From the NCBI GenBank assembly GCA_019113675.1, contig DXHA01000006.1, positions 1,459 through 65,458 of the forward strand: 64,000 bases of DNA, in the 5' to 3' direction. Position 1 is the first letter of the stretch, and each line of letters starts with the position of its first letter. This document shows positions 40,348 to 49,722 of this stretch, piece after piece. The notes below the pieces were generated by a model. That model had not been told where the DNA came from and did no database searches. It was given only the letters and a program-made list of their open reading frames with translations. The stretch is from Candidatus Yaniella excrementigallinarum. Its GTDB lineage: Bacteria; Actinomycetota; Actinomycetes; Actinomycetales; Micrococcaceae. Position numbers and translations under genes: made by a program.

Positions 40348-40938
40348 TCACCAGAGATCGCCGGCATATGGCCGTGACCATAGAACCAGCGTTACGGTTA
40401 CTGCTTTGAACCAGGCCTGATGCATGGCATCGATGTCGTCCTGAGCCGAAGCGCCTTCTGCAAGGAAGTCCCGGATTGTCAGAGTCACCGGTACCACCAG
40501 CGCCATCATGTGGCTCATCGGCACATAAGGTGCCGGTGAATCGACCTTGTCAGTTTCATTTTTCTTCGTGGTGTGGTGGCGCAGTGCGATCTCTTCTTGA
40601 TATGCCAACCATTGGTCATCAAATTCGCGAGTACATATATCCACGACCCACTGCTCGAAGCGGCCACGGACACGCTCCAGGTAGTCGGCATCTGGTTCAC
40701 CATCGGAGCCGAGAAAGGTAGAAACTAGATGCGGGGTGGAACCGATAAAGTCGTACCATACGTCCAGAATATCTTTAACGCGTGGTTTCAGAATTTCTCC
40801 TGCCCGGCGCAATGCGGGTGCGTCATCATCTGACCACATCACATCGGTGAGGAGTTCTTTGAGTTTTTCTTGGCTAACCGGTGAAGCCGGTAGCCGTTCG
40901 TCGTAAGTATAGCCGGCAGGAACGTTATTGGTTGTCAT
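40348..40938 (-). CDS. Protoglobin (single-domain heme globin)
   Basis: It is colinear, from memory, with Methanosarcina acetivorans protoglobin. Shared blocks are GYTY, LDxWYxF(I/V)GSxPHL, YLxxVRxRFxxW, WLxYQxEIxLRHHxTKKNxTDxV (proximal His in RHH) and QAWFKAxT...LWSxPY. It is 196 aa with no output domain. Confidence 0.85.
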   Translation of the reverse strand: MTTNNVPAGYTYDERLPASPVSQEKLKELLTDVMWSDDDAPALRRAGEILKPRVKDILDVWYDFIGSTPHLVSTFLGSDGEPDADYLERVRGRFEQWVVDICTREFDDQWLAYQEEIALRHHTTKKNETDKVDSPAPYVPMSHMMALVVPVTLTIRDFLAEGASAQDDIDAMHQAWFKAVTVTLVLWSRPYAGDLW

Positions 40939-41143
40939 GAGAACCTCCGAACACGGTGTTAGATCACACCTAACGCCAGGCTACCGAATGCAACCCAGAT
41001 TCTAAACAGCTCCCCGAAGGCCTGAGTTTCTTCGATGACTTCAACCACGGTACTGCGCCGGTCCTGCACCTAGAAGTGACCTGGATTACTAACTTGGCTA
41101 ACTATAATAATATTGACACCGGCGAGCCCGGAAGGGGTGGCAA

Positions 41144-41932
41144 ATGAAATTCATGCCAATCGTGACGGCGGTGTCCGTGGCTGCGGCCATTATATTGTCT
41201 TTTATAGGCAGCGGCGCCCTAGGCGGCACACCGATTAATGCGGCAGCTGATGGTGCACTTTCTACCGATGCGACACCCTTTGCCCCAGCAGGACCGGCCT
41301 TTAGCATCTGGAGTCTGATCTATTTGGGCCTGGTCGCCTATGCCATCTACCAGCTGCTACCCGCTCAACGGGCATCTACTCGGCATGCAGCGTTGCGACC
41401 ATGGGCAAGCCTATCGGCGCTATTGAATGCCGCCTGGATCGGTGTGGTGCAGGCCGGTAGCGTGTTGGCCAGCGAAATCGTGATCATCGTGTTACTGGTG
41501 GTGTTGGTGCGTCTCATCATGTTGTTGACCACCAGTATCTCTACGCGACCCACCGATAAATTGGTCACCGACGGCACGTTCGGGCTGTATTTAGGCTGGG
41601 TATTTGTTGCCACAATCGCCAATACCGCGGCACTGCTCGGCACCACCGGGCTGACCAAATTTAGCGGTTGGCAGTTGATCAGCGTGGTGCTACTTGTCGT
41701 CGTCGCCCTCGTTGGCGTGGGGTTGGCCCGTGCTACTGGTGGCCGCATTGCACCGGCGCTCACCATTACCTGGGGGCTGGGGTGGATTGCTGTGGCACGC
41801 ACCAGCGGCGAATTTGCCTCCCCGATTCTTATTTGGGCCGCCGCACTGGCCGGTGCCGTGGTGTTGGTGGCAACCATCGTGATTCGCCTGGTTGTTGAAC
41901 ACCAACGAGCCAAGACCAGTTGGGACCCGTGA
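41144..41932 (+). CDS. TspO/MBR-related tryptophan-rich membrane protein
   Basis: 262 aa and polytopic. TspO-like blocks are present: PAFSIWSLIYLGLVAYAIYQ, LLNAAWIGV and YLGWVFVATIANTA. The assignment is tentative. Confidence 0.5.
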   Translation: MKFMPIVTAVSVAAAIILSFIGSGALGGTPINAAADGALSTDATPFAPAGPAFSIWSLIYLGLVAYAIYQLLPAQRASTRHAALRPWASLSALLNAAWIGVVQAGSVLASEIVIIVLLVVLVRLIMLLTTSISTRPTDKLVTDGTFGLYLGWVFVATIANTAALLGTTGLTKFSGWQLISVVLLVVVALVGVGLARATGGRIAPALTITWGLGWIAVARTSGEFASPILIWAAALAGAVVLVATIVIRLVVEHQRAKTSWDP

Positions 41933-41982
41933 CATCTGTCATGGTCAATAAGTGATCGCTGGCAGTATCACAAAACCATCCA

Positions 41983-42924
41983 GTGGGGAACACTGAAAGT
42001 ATGCAGACTTCTCCATCAGCCATCCATATCACAGCGGTAACCAAGCGCTTCGGTGCTGTGACCGCCGTCGATAATGTCAGCCTTGAAATCAGCTCCGGCG
42101 AAGTATTGGCCCTACTGGGACCCAACGGTGCCGGCAAAACTACCCTGCTAGACATGGTGTTGGGGTTTACCGAACCCGATACCGGCACACTGAACACCCT
42201 GAGGCAATCGCCACAACGTGCCACCAGCAATGGCGACGTCGGCGCGGTGTTGCAAGACGGTGGGCTGCTCGAAGACCTCACCGCGGCTGAAACGATTCGT
42301 ATGATCGCCGCCTGCCACGTCAGTCCGTTGCCGGTAGCCGAGGTGATGCACCGAGCCGGGATAACTGATTTCGCTAACCGTAAGGTCAAGAAATGTTCGG
42401 GTGGACAAAAACAGCGCCTGCGGTTTGGTCTAGCACTGCTCACCGATCCCCAACTGCTTATCCTTGATGAACCCACCGCCGGCATGGATGCCGCTGCCCG
42501 CCGCGAATTCTGGACGACCATGCGCACCGAAGCTCAGCGCGGGCGCACCATTGTATTTGCCACCCATTACTTGCGCGAAGCCGATGACTACGCCGACCGG
42601 GTGGTATTAATGTCTGAGGGAAAAATCATTGCCGATGGCAGCGTCGACGACATGACCGCCGGGTTGCAGCGCAAACTTTCGGCCCAGTGGATTGGCGATA
42701 CCGACCCGTTTGATTGGGCGGTTGCCGCGGGACTGGAGCCAAAACAACTAGATTATGACGCCGACTCGCAGCGGATCCGGATCACCACCTCCGACACCGA
42801 TCAGATTGCTGAACAACTGTTATCCGCCAATCTGATCCGCAACCTAACGATTGTCCAGCCCGGTATTGAAGAAGCTTTCTTTTATTTCACCCAACCCAGC
42901 ACCTGGCAGGAGGCGGCATCATGA
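41983..42924 (+). CDS. ABC transporter ATP-binding protein (ABC-2/DrrA-like)
   Basis: It has GPNGAGKTTLL, CSGGQKQRL and LILDEPTAGMD. The alternative ATG at 42001 is possible. Confidence 0.85.
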   Translation: MGNTESMQTSPSAIHITAVTKRFGAVTAVDNVSLEISSGEVLALLGPNGAGKTTLLDMVLGFTEPDTGTLNTLRQSPQRATSNGDVGAVLQDGGLLEDLTAAETIRMIAACHVSPLPVAEVMHRAGITDFANRKVKKCSGGQKQRLRFGLALLTDPQLLILDEPTAGMDAAARREFWTTMRTEAQRGRTIVFATHYLREADDYADRVVLMSEGKIIADGSVDDMTAGLQRKLSAQWIGDTDPFDWAVAAGLEPKQLDYDADSQRIRITTSDTDQIAEQLLSANLIRNLTIVQPGIEEAFFYFTQPSTWQEAAS

Positions 42925-43739
42925 CCACCGCAACACAGCACGCTTGGCAACCCAAACCAGTCAAATCCCAAACTGAAATTTTGCTGCGCTTTGTGGCATG
43001 GGAATTCTGGCGCAACTTCCGGATGCTTGATGCCACATTTTTCGTCATCGTTCTACCCGCCGCGATGTATATGATGTTCGGGGTGGCCATGGATCAGGGC
43101 GAGATGCCCGCCGGTTATGGCAACATCTCGGCCTATGTGATGACGTCGATGGCCGTTTACGGGGCCGTGATTGCCACGACCTCGATGGCCGGTTCAGCAG
43201 CAGTGGAACGCAGCATGGGGTGGGGCCGCCAGTTGAATCTCACCGGACTGCGCCAAGGCCACTACATTATAGGTAAAATGCTGATGGCCTTACTGATGGC
43301 CATCAGCCCCATCGTTATCGTCTATGTGGCGGGCGCCCTTACCGGGGCCGGCTTCGATTCATTTAGCCACTGGTTAGCATCAGCCGCACTGTGTCTGGTC
43401 GTGGCGATACCGTTTTCTCTCTACGGTCTTGCCTTTGCCCTGCTGTTTCGCTCCGAAACCGCTGTCAGCGCGGCATCCGGGTTTCTGGTCATCTTCGCGT
43501 TTTTCGGTAACCTGTTTATCCCGCTGGGCGGCGTATTGTTATCCATCGCCAAATTCACGCCACTCTACGGTCCGGCCATGCTGGCTCGCTGGCCACAAAC
43601 CCAGGGTATGCTCATTCCGTTGGATGGTTCCGCCCCCGATTTTGAATCCCTCTGGCTGGTATTGACCAATATCACAGCCTGGACGGTTATCCTGGGGTTA
43701 ATCTGCCTACTTGCTTCCCGACGTCGGACCGCCCGCTAA
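42921..43739 (+). CDS. ABC-2 type transporter permease
   Basis: 272 aa with 6 hydrophobic segments. ATGA overlap with the ATPase gene. Confidence 0.75.
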   Translation: MTTATQHAWQPKPVKSQTEILLRFVAWEFWRNFRMLDATFFVIVLPAAMYMMFGVAMDQGEMPAGYGNISAYVMTSMAVYGAVIATTSMAGSAAVERSMGWGRQLNLTGLRQGHYIIGKMLMALLMAISPIVIVYVAGALTGAGFDSFSHWLASAALCLVVAIPFSLYGLAFALLFRSETAVSAASGFLVIFAFFGNLFIPLGGVLLSIAKFTPLYGPAMLARWPQTQGMLIPLDGSAPDFESLWLVLTNITAWTVILGLICLLASRRRTAR

Positions 43740-44842
43740 TGACTCATCATCCTCGCCCCGAACTCACGCGCCAAGAGCGTCGCATCACCCTTTTCACTTC
43801 GGGGGTTTGGCTGATCTTTTTGGGCTGGACGGTCTTTGGTTTGATCGAATCCACCGCCGCACTACCAGCCCAGATCGCCGGCTGGGCAGCACTGGTGACT
43901 TTCCCGGTGGTGTATCTGAGCAGTTTTCTATACCCAACTCCGCTAACCGCGCTGAACCGACACCTCAATACCTTGGCCTATACCGCCGTACTGGTTTTGC
44001 TCGGCGTCATTATGTCCCAGGCGACTCCCCCGGCAATCATCAATATTGTCCCGTATTTGATGGCCATCTGGATTTTCAACCACCGGTTACCCACCGCTTG
44101 CATTGCACTGGTGATACTGTTTGGCGCCGCCGTCGTCCTCGTAAACACCATGGGATTCCAAAATTATGCCACCTGGTTTTTGGCCGCGGTCGGTTCCCCT
44201 GCGATATTGATGCTGTTTATCCGCATCAGCATACACTTGGGCGAAACCCAGCAGTATCACGCCGAGCAGTTGACCCTGGCCCGCCAGCGTGAAGAGCTGG
44301 CTTCAACCGTCCACGACGTGCTGGGCCATTCCTTGACCACCATTACGGTAAAAATTCAGCTCGCCCAGCGCCTGCTGGCCACCGACCTTGCCGCTGCGAA
44401 AACCGAAATGGCCGATATCGAGTCTCTTGCCCGGCGCTCCCTTTCTGAGGTGCGTTCCACGGTCACTGACCTGCAACATCCGGATTTGGCTGAACAACTC
44501 GACCAGGCCCATCAAGCGCTGACGGCCGCCGGATTACACTTCAACCGCCCGCAGCGGCTGCCGCACCTGACACTGGTGCAACAGCAGGTTTTTGCATGGG
44601 TGATTCGTGAGGCGGTCACCAACGTTATCCGCCACGCCCAGGCCAGTACCTGTACCATCAGTTTTCACGACGTCGACACCCAAACCATGCTTCGTATCGA
44701 CGACGACGGCGTGGGTATCACTAGCACAGAGTGCAAGAAACACCATGGGCTCTATGGTCTGCAACGCAGGGTGGACTCCACTGGCGGTAGCCTGAAGCTA
44801 CATCATCTGACACCGGGGACCCGCCTGGAGGTAACGCTGTGA
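43739..44842 (+). CDS. Sensor histidine kinase (HisKA_3 / NarL-partner type, membrane-embedded sensor)
   Basis: About 5 N-terminal TM segments with minimal loops, the H-box STVHDVLGHSLT, and an HATPase_c domain (NVIRHA, DDGVG, GLYGLQRRV). Confidence 0.85.
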   Translation: MTHHPRPELTRQERRITLFTSGVWLIFLGWTVFGLIESTAALPAQIAGWAALVTFPVVYLSSFLYPTPLTALNRHLNTLAYTAVLVLLGVIMSQATPPAIINIVPYLMAIWIFNHRLPTACIALVILFGAAVVLVNTMGFQNYATWFLAAVGSPAILMLFIRISIHLGETQQYHAEQLTLARQREELASTVHDVLGHSLTTITVKIQLAQRLLATDLAAAKTEMADIESLARRSLSEVRSTVTDLQHPDLAEQLDQAHQALTAAGLHFNRPQRLPHLTLVQQQVFAWVIREAVTNVIRHAQASTCTISFHDVDTQTMLRIDDDGVGITSTECKKHHGLYGLQRRVDSTGGSLKLHHLTPGTRLEVTL

Positions 44843-45450
44843 CGATCCGTCTTTTATTGGCCGATGATCAGCATTTGGTGCGTGCCGGATTGGCCGCGTT
44901 GTTGAATTTAGAACCGGATTTGCAAGTCGTCCAGCAGCTGCCTGACGGTACAGGTGTGGTTGAGGCTATCGCTCAGCACGCCGTAGACGTTGCGGTTTTG
45001 GATATCGAGATGCCCGAGGTAGACGGGATTACCGCAACCCAGCAGATATTTGAGGCTTATGGGGACGATATCGCCGTCCTGATTCTTACCACGTTTGGCC
45101 GGGCCGGATATTTGCAGCGCACTATGGCCGCCGGGGCACGGGGTTTTATGGTCAAAGATGCTCCCGCCGAGCAGTTGGCCGAGGCCATCCGTACGGTACA
45201 TTCCGGTGGTAGGGCGGTGGATCCGACGTTGGCGGCTGAGGCATTGAGTGCTGGCACCAACCCGTTGACGGATCGCGAGCGCGATGTCCTGAAGGTTGCC
45301 CTGACCGGGGCATCGGTCAAAGATATTGCTGCTCGGGTGCATTTATCTACCGGTACGGTGCGCAATCATTTATCTGCCGCGATTGGCAAAACGCATACCG
45401 CCAATCGTACCGAGGCTGCCCGTATGGCACAGTCCAATGGTTGGCTTTAG
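44839..45450 (+). CDS. Response regulator, NarL/LuxR family
   Basis: REC domain (LLADDQHLVR...DVAVLDIEMP) plus a LuxR HTH (LTDRERDVLKVALTGASVKDIAARVHLSTGTVRNHL). GTGA overlap with the kinase gene. Confidence 0.9.
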   Translation: MTIRLLLADDQHLVRAGLAALLNLEPDLQVVQQLPDGTGVVEAIAQHAVDVAVLDIEMPEVDGITATQQIFEAYGDDIAVLILTTFGRAGYLQRTMAAGARGFMVKDAPAEQLAEAIRTVHSGGRAVDPTLAAEALSAGTNPLTDRERDVLKVALTGASVKDIAARVHLSTGTVRNHLSAAIGKTHTANRTEAARMAQSNGWL

Positions 45451-45671
45451 AGCAGTTGAAAGTTTCCGGCCTTGGCCAGGGCGGTTTCTAAGTCGGTTCG
45501 GTCGATGGTTTCGTCGCGTTTGTGTTTTAAAATCATGCGGGTATCTTGACCGATTTGGACTTCGAAGGCGATCGCACCGACCCGCGGCACCCGGTAGACC
45601 TGACCTTTGATGGCGGTGGTATCGGCATTGCTCAGTTCGCCGGCTATCAGGTAGATGGTACTGATAATCAC
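45447..45671 (-). CDS. Small hypothetical protein (74 aa), cotranscribed with the cytochrome b-Moco oxidoreductase
   Basis: The GTG at 45671 is preceded by GGAG, 5-6 nt upstream, and lies 8 nt after the upstream stop. Sequence begins (M)IISTIYLIAGELSNADTTAIKGQVYRVPRVGAIAFEVQIGQDTRMILKH.... I recognise no family. Confidence 0.45.
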   Translation of the reverse strand: MIISTIYLIAGELSNADTTAIKGQVYRVPRVGAIAFEVQIGQDTRMILKHKRDETIDRTDLETALAKAGNFQLL

Positions 45672-45679
45672 TTGTGCTC

Positions 45680-47203
45680 CTAGATACGACCGTTGAAGGC
45701 CTGCATGGCGGAGTCTTCGCGGGTTCCTCCACGGCCGTCGCCGATATGCTCGTAGTCGGCGACCCAGGAAATTTTTCGCACCCATTTGACCATTTTGTAA
45801 CCGTGGTTGGATTCGACTCGCAGACGCAACGGCGCCCCCAGATGATCATCGAGTGGTTTGTCGTTGCGTTCATAGGCCAGGATTGTGTCGTCTTCATAAA
45901 CGTCACGTAGCGGGATGACGGCATAGAACGGCTCGCGCGGGCGGTTATCGTACATGACTTGTGCCAGTCCGTGGGATTCGATGAGCACATAGTTGGCATG
46001 TTCCGGGCGCGGTCCCAATAGCGCTAGCACGTCTTGCAGCTTCACGCCGGCCCATTTCGACGTCGCCGTCCACCCTTGCATACACGAGTGCACGGCTATG
46101 TATTGCTGTTTGGGCATCTCTTTGAGTTCGTCCAGGCTCAATTCGATGGTGGTCTCATTGAGTTCCCCGCCCACTTCTAGCCGCCAGTCGGCCCATTTGT
46201 TTTCGCGGTGTTGCAGCCATTGAGGCGATTCGTCTTCGGTGGGTGGAAGCCCATTGGTCCAGTGATATTCGGAGAGGTCTTTTTCGGTGAATACCTTTTG
46301 AGTAGACATCCGCGAGCGCATCCAGTTGAGGAACACCTTACGCGCCGGTTCGGTGACAGCAACTAAAAACCGTTGGGCGCGTGGTCGATCCGCAAGGCTC
46401 CAGTAACTTAGGCCGATGAGTATGGCAATAACGACGACGATGGTCAGCAGCGCGACGGTAAATCCTTGTGCATAATATTGGGGTTCATTAGCTTCGATGC
46501 CCAGTATCATATGTGGCAGGTTGTACTCGGGGTGTACTAGAAATACCAGGCCCACATGCATGATGATGAAGATCGCAAAGAGTGCATGGCAGATGAAGTG
46601 TAGTGACCGGGCTACCTGTGGGCCGCCGAATATTTTGACGTACCACGGGAAGCGCGAACGAATAGCTGGTGCCATAGCCAAGCCGGTAAGAATCATAAGC
46701 GGTGCCAGTACGAATACGACTGCGGTATAGGTGAGCATCTGCAGAGCATCATAGGGTTGAAAATACTCTAGGGCTGGCGTTCCGAAGCCGGCGTAGATTT
46801 TGAATGATTCCCAGGCTTGTGGAAATATGTCCCACGACGTCGGGATAATGCGTTTCCACAGTCCGGTAGCAAATAGTAGGACGACGTAGACTAGACCGTT
46901 AAGCACCCAGAGCATCACACCGAGGCCGTGCCAGTGTCGTCCGAGCCCAATATTTTCTCTACCGGGTAGGGCCAGCAGCGGCGACATTGACCGCTCATCC
47001 ATAAGTGAGGTGTAGACGCCTTCTTCAGTGGGGAGTTTTTGTCGGGTGAAACGCAACCATTCGGTGCCGGGTTTGGCATCGTTGCGCCACCATAGCCGTG
47101 GCAGTGATGCCAGAATCTCCCAGCCACTACGAATTAGAATCCCCAGAAGTAGGAAATTTAGTAGGTGCGTGGTACGTAGCCAAAGGGGAAATTCAACGTC
47201 CAT
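45680..47203 (-). CDS. Fusion protein: N-terminal di-heme cytochrome b-like membrane domain + C-terminal sulfite-oxidase-family (MsrP/YedY-like) molybdopterin domain
   Basis: The ATG at 47203 is preceded by GAAGGAG. There are five hydrophobic segments with conserved His residues (THLLNF, HWHGLG, LHFICHALFAIFIIMH). The C-terminus has a YedY-like Mo-Cys segment (AVHSCMQGWTATSKWAGV) and LRLRVESNHGYKMVKW. Confidence 0.75.
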   Translation of the reverse strand: MDVEFPLWLRTTHLLNFLLLGILIRSGWEILASLPRLWWRNDAKPGTEWLRFTRQKLPTEEGVYTSLMDERSMSPLLALPGRENIGLGRHWHGLGVMLWVLNGLVYVVLLFATGLWKRIIPTSWDIFPQAWESFKIYAGFGTPALEYFQPYDALQMLTYTAVVFVLAPLMILTGLAMAPAIRSRFPWYVKIFGGPQVARSLHFICHALFAIFIIMHVGLVFLVHPEYNLPHMILGIEANEPQYYAQGFTVALLTIVVVIAILIGLSYWSLADRPRAQRFLVAVTEPARKVFLNWMRSRMSTQKVFTEKDLSEYHWTNGLPPTEDESPQWLQHRENKWADWRLEVGGELNETTIELSLDELKEMPKQQYIAVHSCMQGWTATSKWAGVKLQDVLALLGPRPEHANYVLIESHGLAQVMYDNRPREPFYAVIPLRDVYEDDTILAYERNDKPLDDHLGAPLRLRVESNHGYKMVKWVRKISWVADYEHIGDGRGGTREDSAMQAFNGRI

Positions 47204-47376
47204 CGTGTGCTCCTTCGAACCTACTTGAGATGCCACTGTGGGCCTAAAAATGAGCGTACCAACGCGGTCCGGTGGCATCAATACACCATAAGTGGGTTTG
47301 TAGGATTGCGCAGAAAATGAAAACCTTCGACCGTGGCGCCCCGTGCCCGAGAGCATAAACCGTCACACTGATTTTG

Positions 47377-49500
47377 CTAAATGTTCCAGTATAGGTTGCG
47401 TAGCAGTGGTTGGTACGGGTCGACCCATTTGGCTGGCTGAAAGTACGTGACGCCATCGACTTTTCGAATCGTCCATTTGCCGTTGTGAACATCGGCATGG
47501 TGGTGTGCACATAAAGTAATGGCGTTGTCTTCGTTAGTTTGGCCACCGGTGGACCACTCTTTGCAATGATGGCATTGACAGTACGTAGCTTGGATCATGC
47601 AGCCCGGGGCTTGGCATCCTTTATCCCGAGCAAATATGGCTTTTCGCTGGGCCGTTGTGAAAAGTCTTTTGGAGCGGTATTCGTTGAGGACTACGTCTTG
47701 CCCGTTCCAGATTTGGCCCACGAGTTCCACGTCGCACAGGGTAGGTTCTGCATGGTTAGGGTGGATGGGTCCGACATTGACTGCCTCAGACTGGTATGGG
47801 GTCCAAGCTTCAGGATTGGCGTGCCCATTTAAGCTCGTGTCGTTATATCCGGTACTCGATAGATTCTCGCCAGGATCATCTGGGGCAGGCCGTTTCATAA
47901 TGGTGGGTAAAATACCATCGGGCCCCTCGGGTCGTCGTACGGTTTGAGGCACTGGTGGTAACTCCAGTGTTTGATACGCAGTCTGTATGTCCTGAACAAT
48001 TACTAGCTTTGCCGGTGAACCATGAGCTCGCTTGGCCGCCGCCTCGTCGGGATGCATACTCATCACCGAAGACAGGGCTCCTAGCAGAACAGCTCCGGCC
48101 CGCTGGGCCCTACTAAGGTTACCGATCCAATCGATTTGCTTCCGAGTGTAGGGATTTCCTTGGTCGTCTTCAGCGACGACTACTTCAGGACCAACCGGTT
48201 GTTCTAGGCATGCTTCGATCTGGCTAGCTGTGCGATCATCTCCATCGGGTGTACTCCCGATCATGTCGTGGAAGGCTTTGATCCTTTGCTGTTTGGCTCG
48301 CTGGCGTTGCTGAGCACTAAGATCGTTGGTATTTGACTGCTCCGGAACCTCTGCATCAGTATTGTCTTGCTCTGCAGTTGTTTGAGCTTCACTAGCGGTA
48401 TTGTCCGGGCAGTCCGAAGTATCGGCTTGTTCATCGTCCGAGGTTTCTTTATTACCGTGAGCCTCTTGAGCGGCTTTAGCGTCTGCCATCGCCGCGTAAA
48501 GGTTTTCAATATTTTCTGGCAGCAGTGGTCGATTGCCTTTGTAATTAAGGTTGGTATTAATAAACTCTTTGAAAAATGCCGTCCAGATGGGATCCATATG
48601 CATTGATGCGGTTGCAGAGCCATCGTTATGTGAGCGCAATTGCAAGGCGTTATCCGGCTGCTTTTTCAGAGTTTTGGAAAGTGGCGGTCCATCAGCATCG
48701 ATATGATGCGCGATACGTTCAATCCACCGTTGCTTAGCCTGGGTAAGTTCTTCAGGAGTTGCAGTCTCGGCCGCGTCTACCATCACTGGCTCAAACAGAC
48801 CGATCACGTCATCTTTATACTCGGTTGTTTGACCAACAACCGAAGCATACTTGGTTAGATCTTCATCCATTTGGATGATTCGATCAAGGTTCTCACCAGG
48901 GATTTGTCCGCTGGTAAATGACGCAGCCACTTTGGGTAACTTCGGAGTGGCACCAGCGACAGTTCGGTCAGCATCCGAGCTGTAACCGACATAGACGGCG
49001 CGGGTTTGAAGCTTCGCCGCTTTACGACCAGATAACCGCATATACTGGCGCAGAATTTCTTTGACATTGGCGTACCCTTGCAATCCGTCAGGAACACCGA
49101 GGTATGCGGTTTGGTCTTTGACCGAAACGTCTAGTTTACGCACGAGGTTTACCATGGCGGCGTCATTTGTGCGATCCGCCGTTGTCATGAGACACATAAT
49201 GGCCGGCACAGTATCCACATAGTTATCTGGGGCTACCGGCTCTGGAGGCGAGCCACCCTGACCGTCTTGCAAGTTGTGCTGATCTTGCGATTTAAAACCA
49301 GACCAATCCGCGCCAGCAGCTTTCGAAAAAGTTGCTATCTCCCGTATAGATTCTGGTTGGGCAAGCCGTTCTGAGAACTTCCGGCTGAATAGCGCGTTAG
49401 CGTAAGCGAGCTCGCCCAATGTCATTTCACTAATCAGGTCTTCATTGATCGCATCGATCGACACCGCTGTACCAGCGTTGGCAAATAGTTGCTGATCCAC
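47377..49500 (-). CDS. DUF222 / HNH endonuclease domain protein (REP13E12-like family)
   Basis: The C-terminus has the HNH/Zn motif RDKGCQAPGC...CHHCKEW...GGQTNEDNAITLCAHHHADVHNG. A long N-terminal DUF222-like region and an acidic low-complexity insert are present. GTG start with GAGAGGA upstream. Confidence 0.8.
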   Translation of the reverse strand: MDQQLFANAGTAVSIDAINEDLISEMTLGELAYANALFSRKFSERLAQPESIREIATFSKAAGADWSGFKSQDQHNLQDGQGGSPPEPVAPDNYVDTVPAIMCLMTTADRTNDAAMVNLVRKLDVSVKDQTAYLGVPDGLQGYANVKEILRQYMRLSGRKAAKLQTRAVYVGYSSDADRTVAGATPKLPKVAASFTSGQIPGENLDRIIQMDEDLTKYASVVGQTTEYKDDVIGLFEPVMVDAAETATPEELTQAKQRWIERIAHHIDADGPPLSKTLKKQPDNALQLRSHNDGSATASMHMDPIWTAFFKEFINTNLNYKGNRPLLPENIENLYAAMADAKAAQEAHGNKETSDDEQADTSDCPDNTASEAQTTAEQDNTDAEVPEQSNTNDLSAQQRQRAKQQRIKAFHDMIGSTPDGDDRTASQIEACLEQPVGPEVVVAEDDQGNPYTRKQIDWIGNLSRAQRAGAVLLGALSSVMSMHPDEAAAKRAHGSPAKLVIVQDIQTAYQTLELPPVPQTVRRPEGPDGILPTIMKRPAPDDPGENLSSTGYNDTSLNGHANPEAWTPYQSEAVNVGPIHPNHAEPTLCDVELVGQIWNGQDVVLNEYRSKRLFTTAQRKAIFARDKGCQAPGCMIQATYCQCHHCKEWSTGGQTNEDNAITLCAHHHADVHNGKWTIRKVDGVTYFQPAKWVDPYQPLLRNLYWNI

Positions 49501-49722
49501 GACGGCGTCCTCTCAAGAACTACAAAACGTTAGGCGACCTAAAAGACCGAATAGGGATGGATAAGGAAATGAAATGTTCATCAAGCGTTAGCACTATTAT
49601 ACCGTCAGCGGCCACGAATATCAAGGCTTTTATTAATATTTTATTGTAATCAGTTGCCTTTCTAATTACTTTGAATCCGTTTATCATATACATAGGACAT
49701 GATAAGGGTGTGTCTTTATTTT

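Noticed and set aside
41104-41109. TATAAT hexamer 35 nt upstream of the TspO-like gene, with a weak -35 (TGGATT) at 41081-41086.
   Set aside because: Only the -10 element is convincing. Actinobacterial promoters are too degenerate to call from one hexamer.
47204-47376. Possible Moco riboswitch upstream of the molybdoenzyme gene.
   Set aside because: I could not recognise the conserved Moco-motif elements in the 173-nt leader. The class is also uncommon in actinobacteria. The region more likely holds the HNH terminator and an ordinary promoter.
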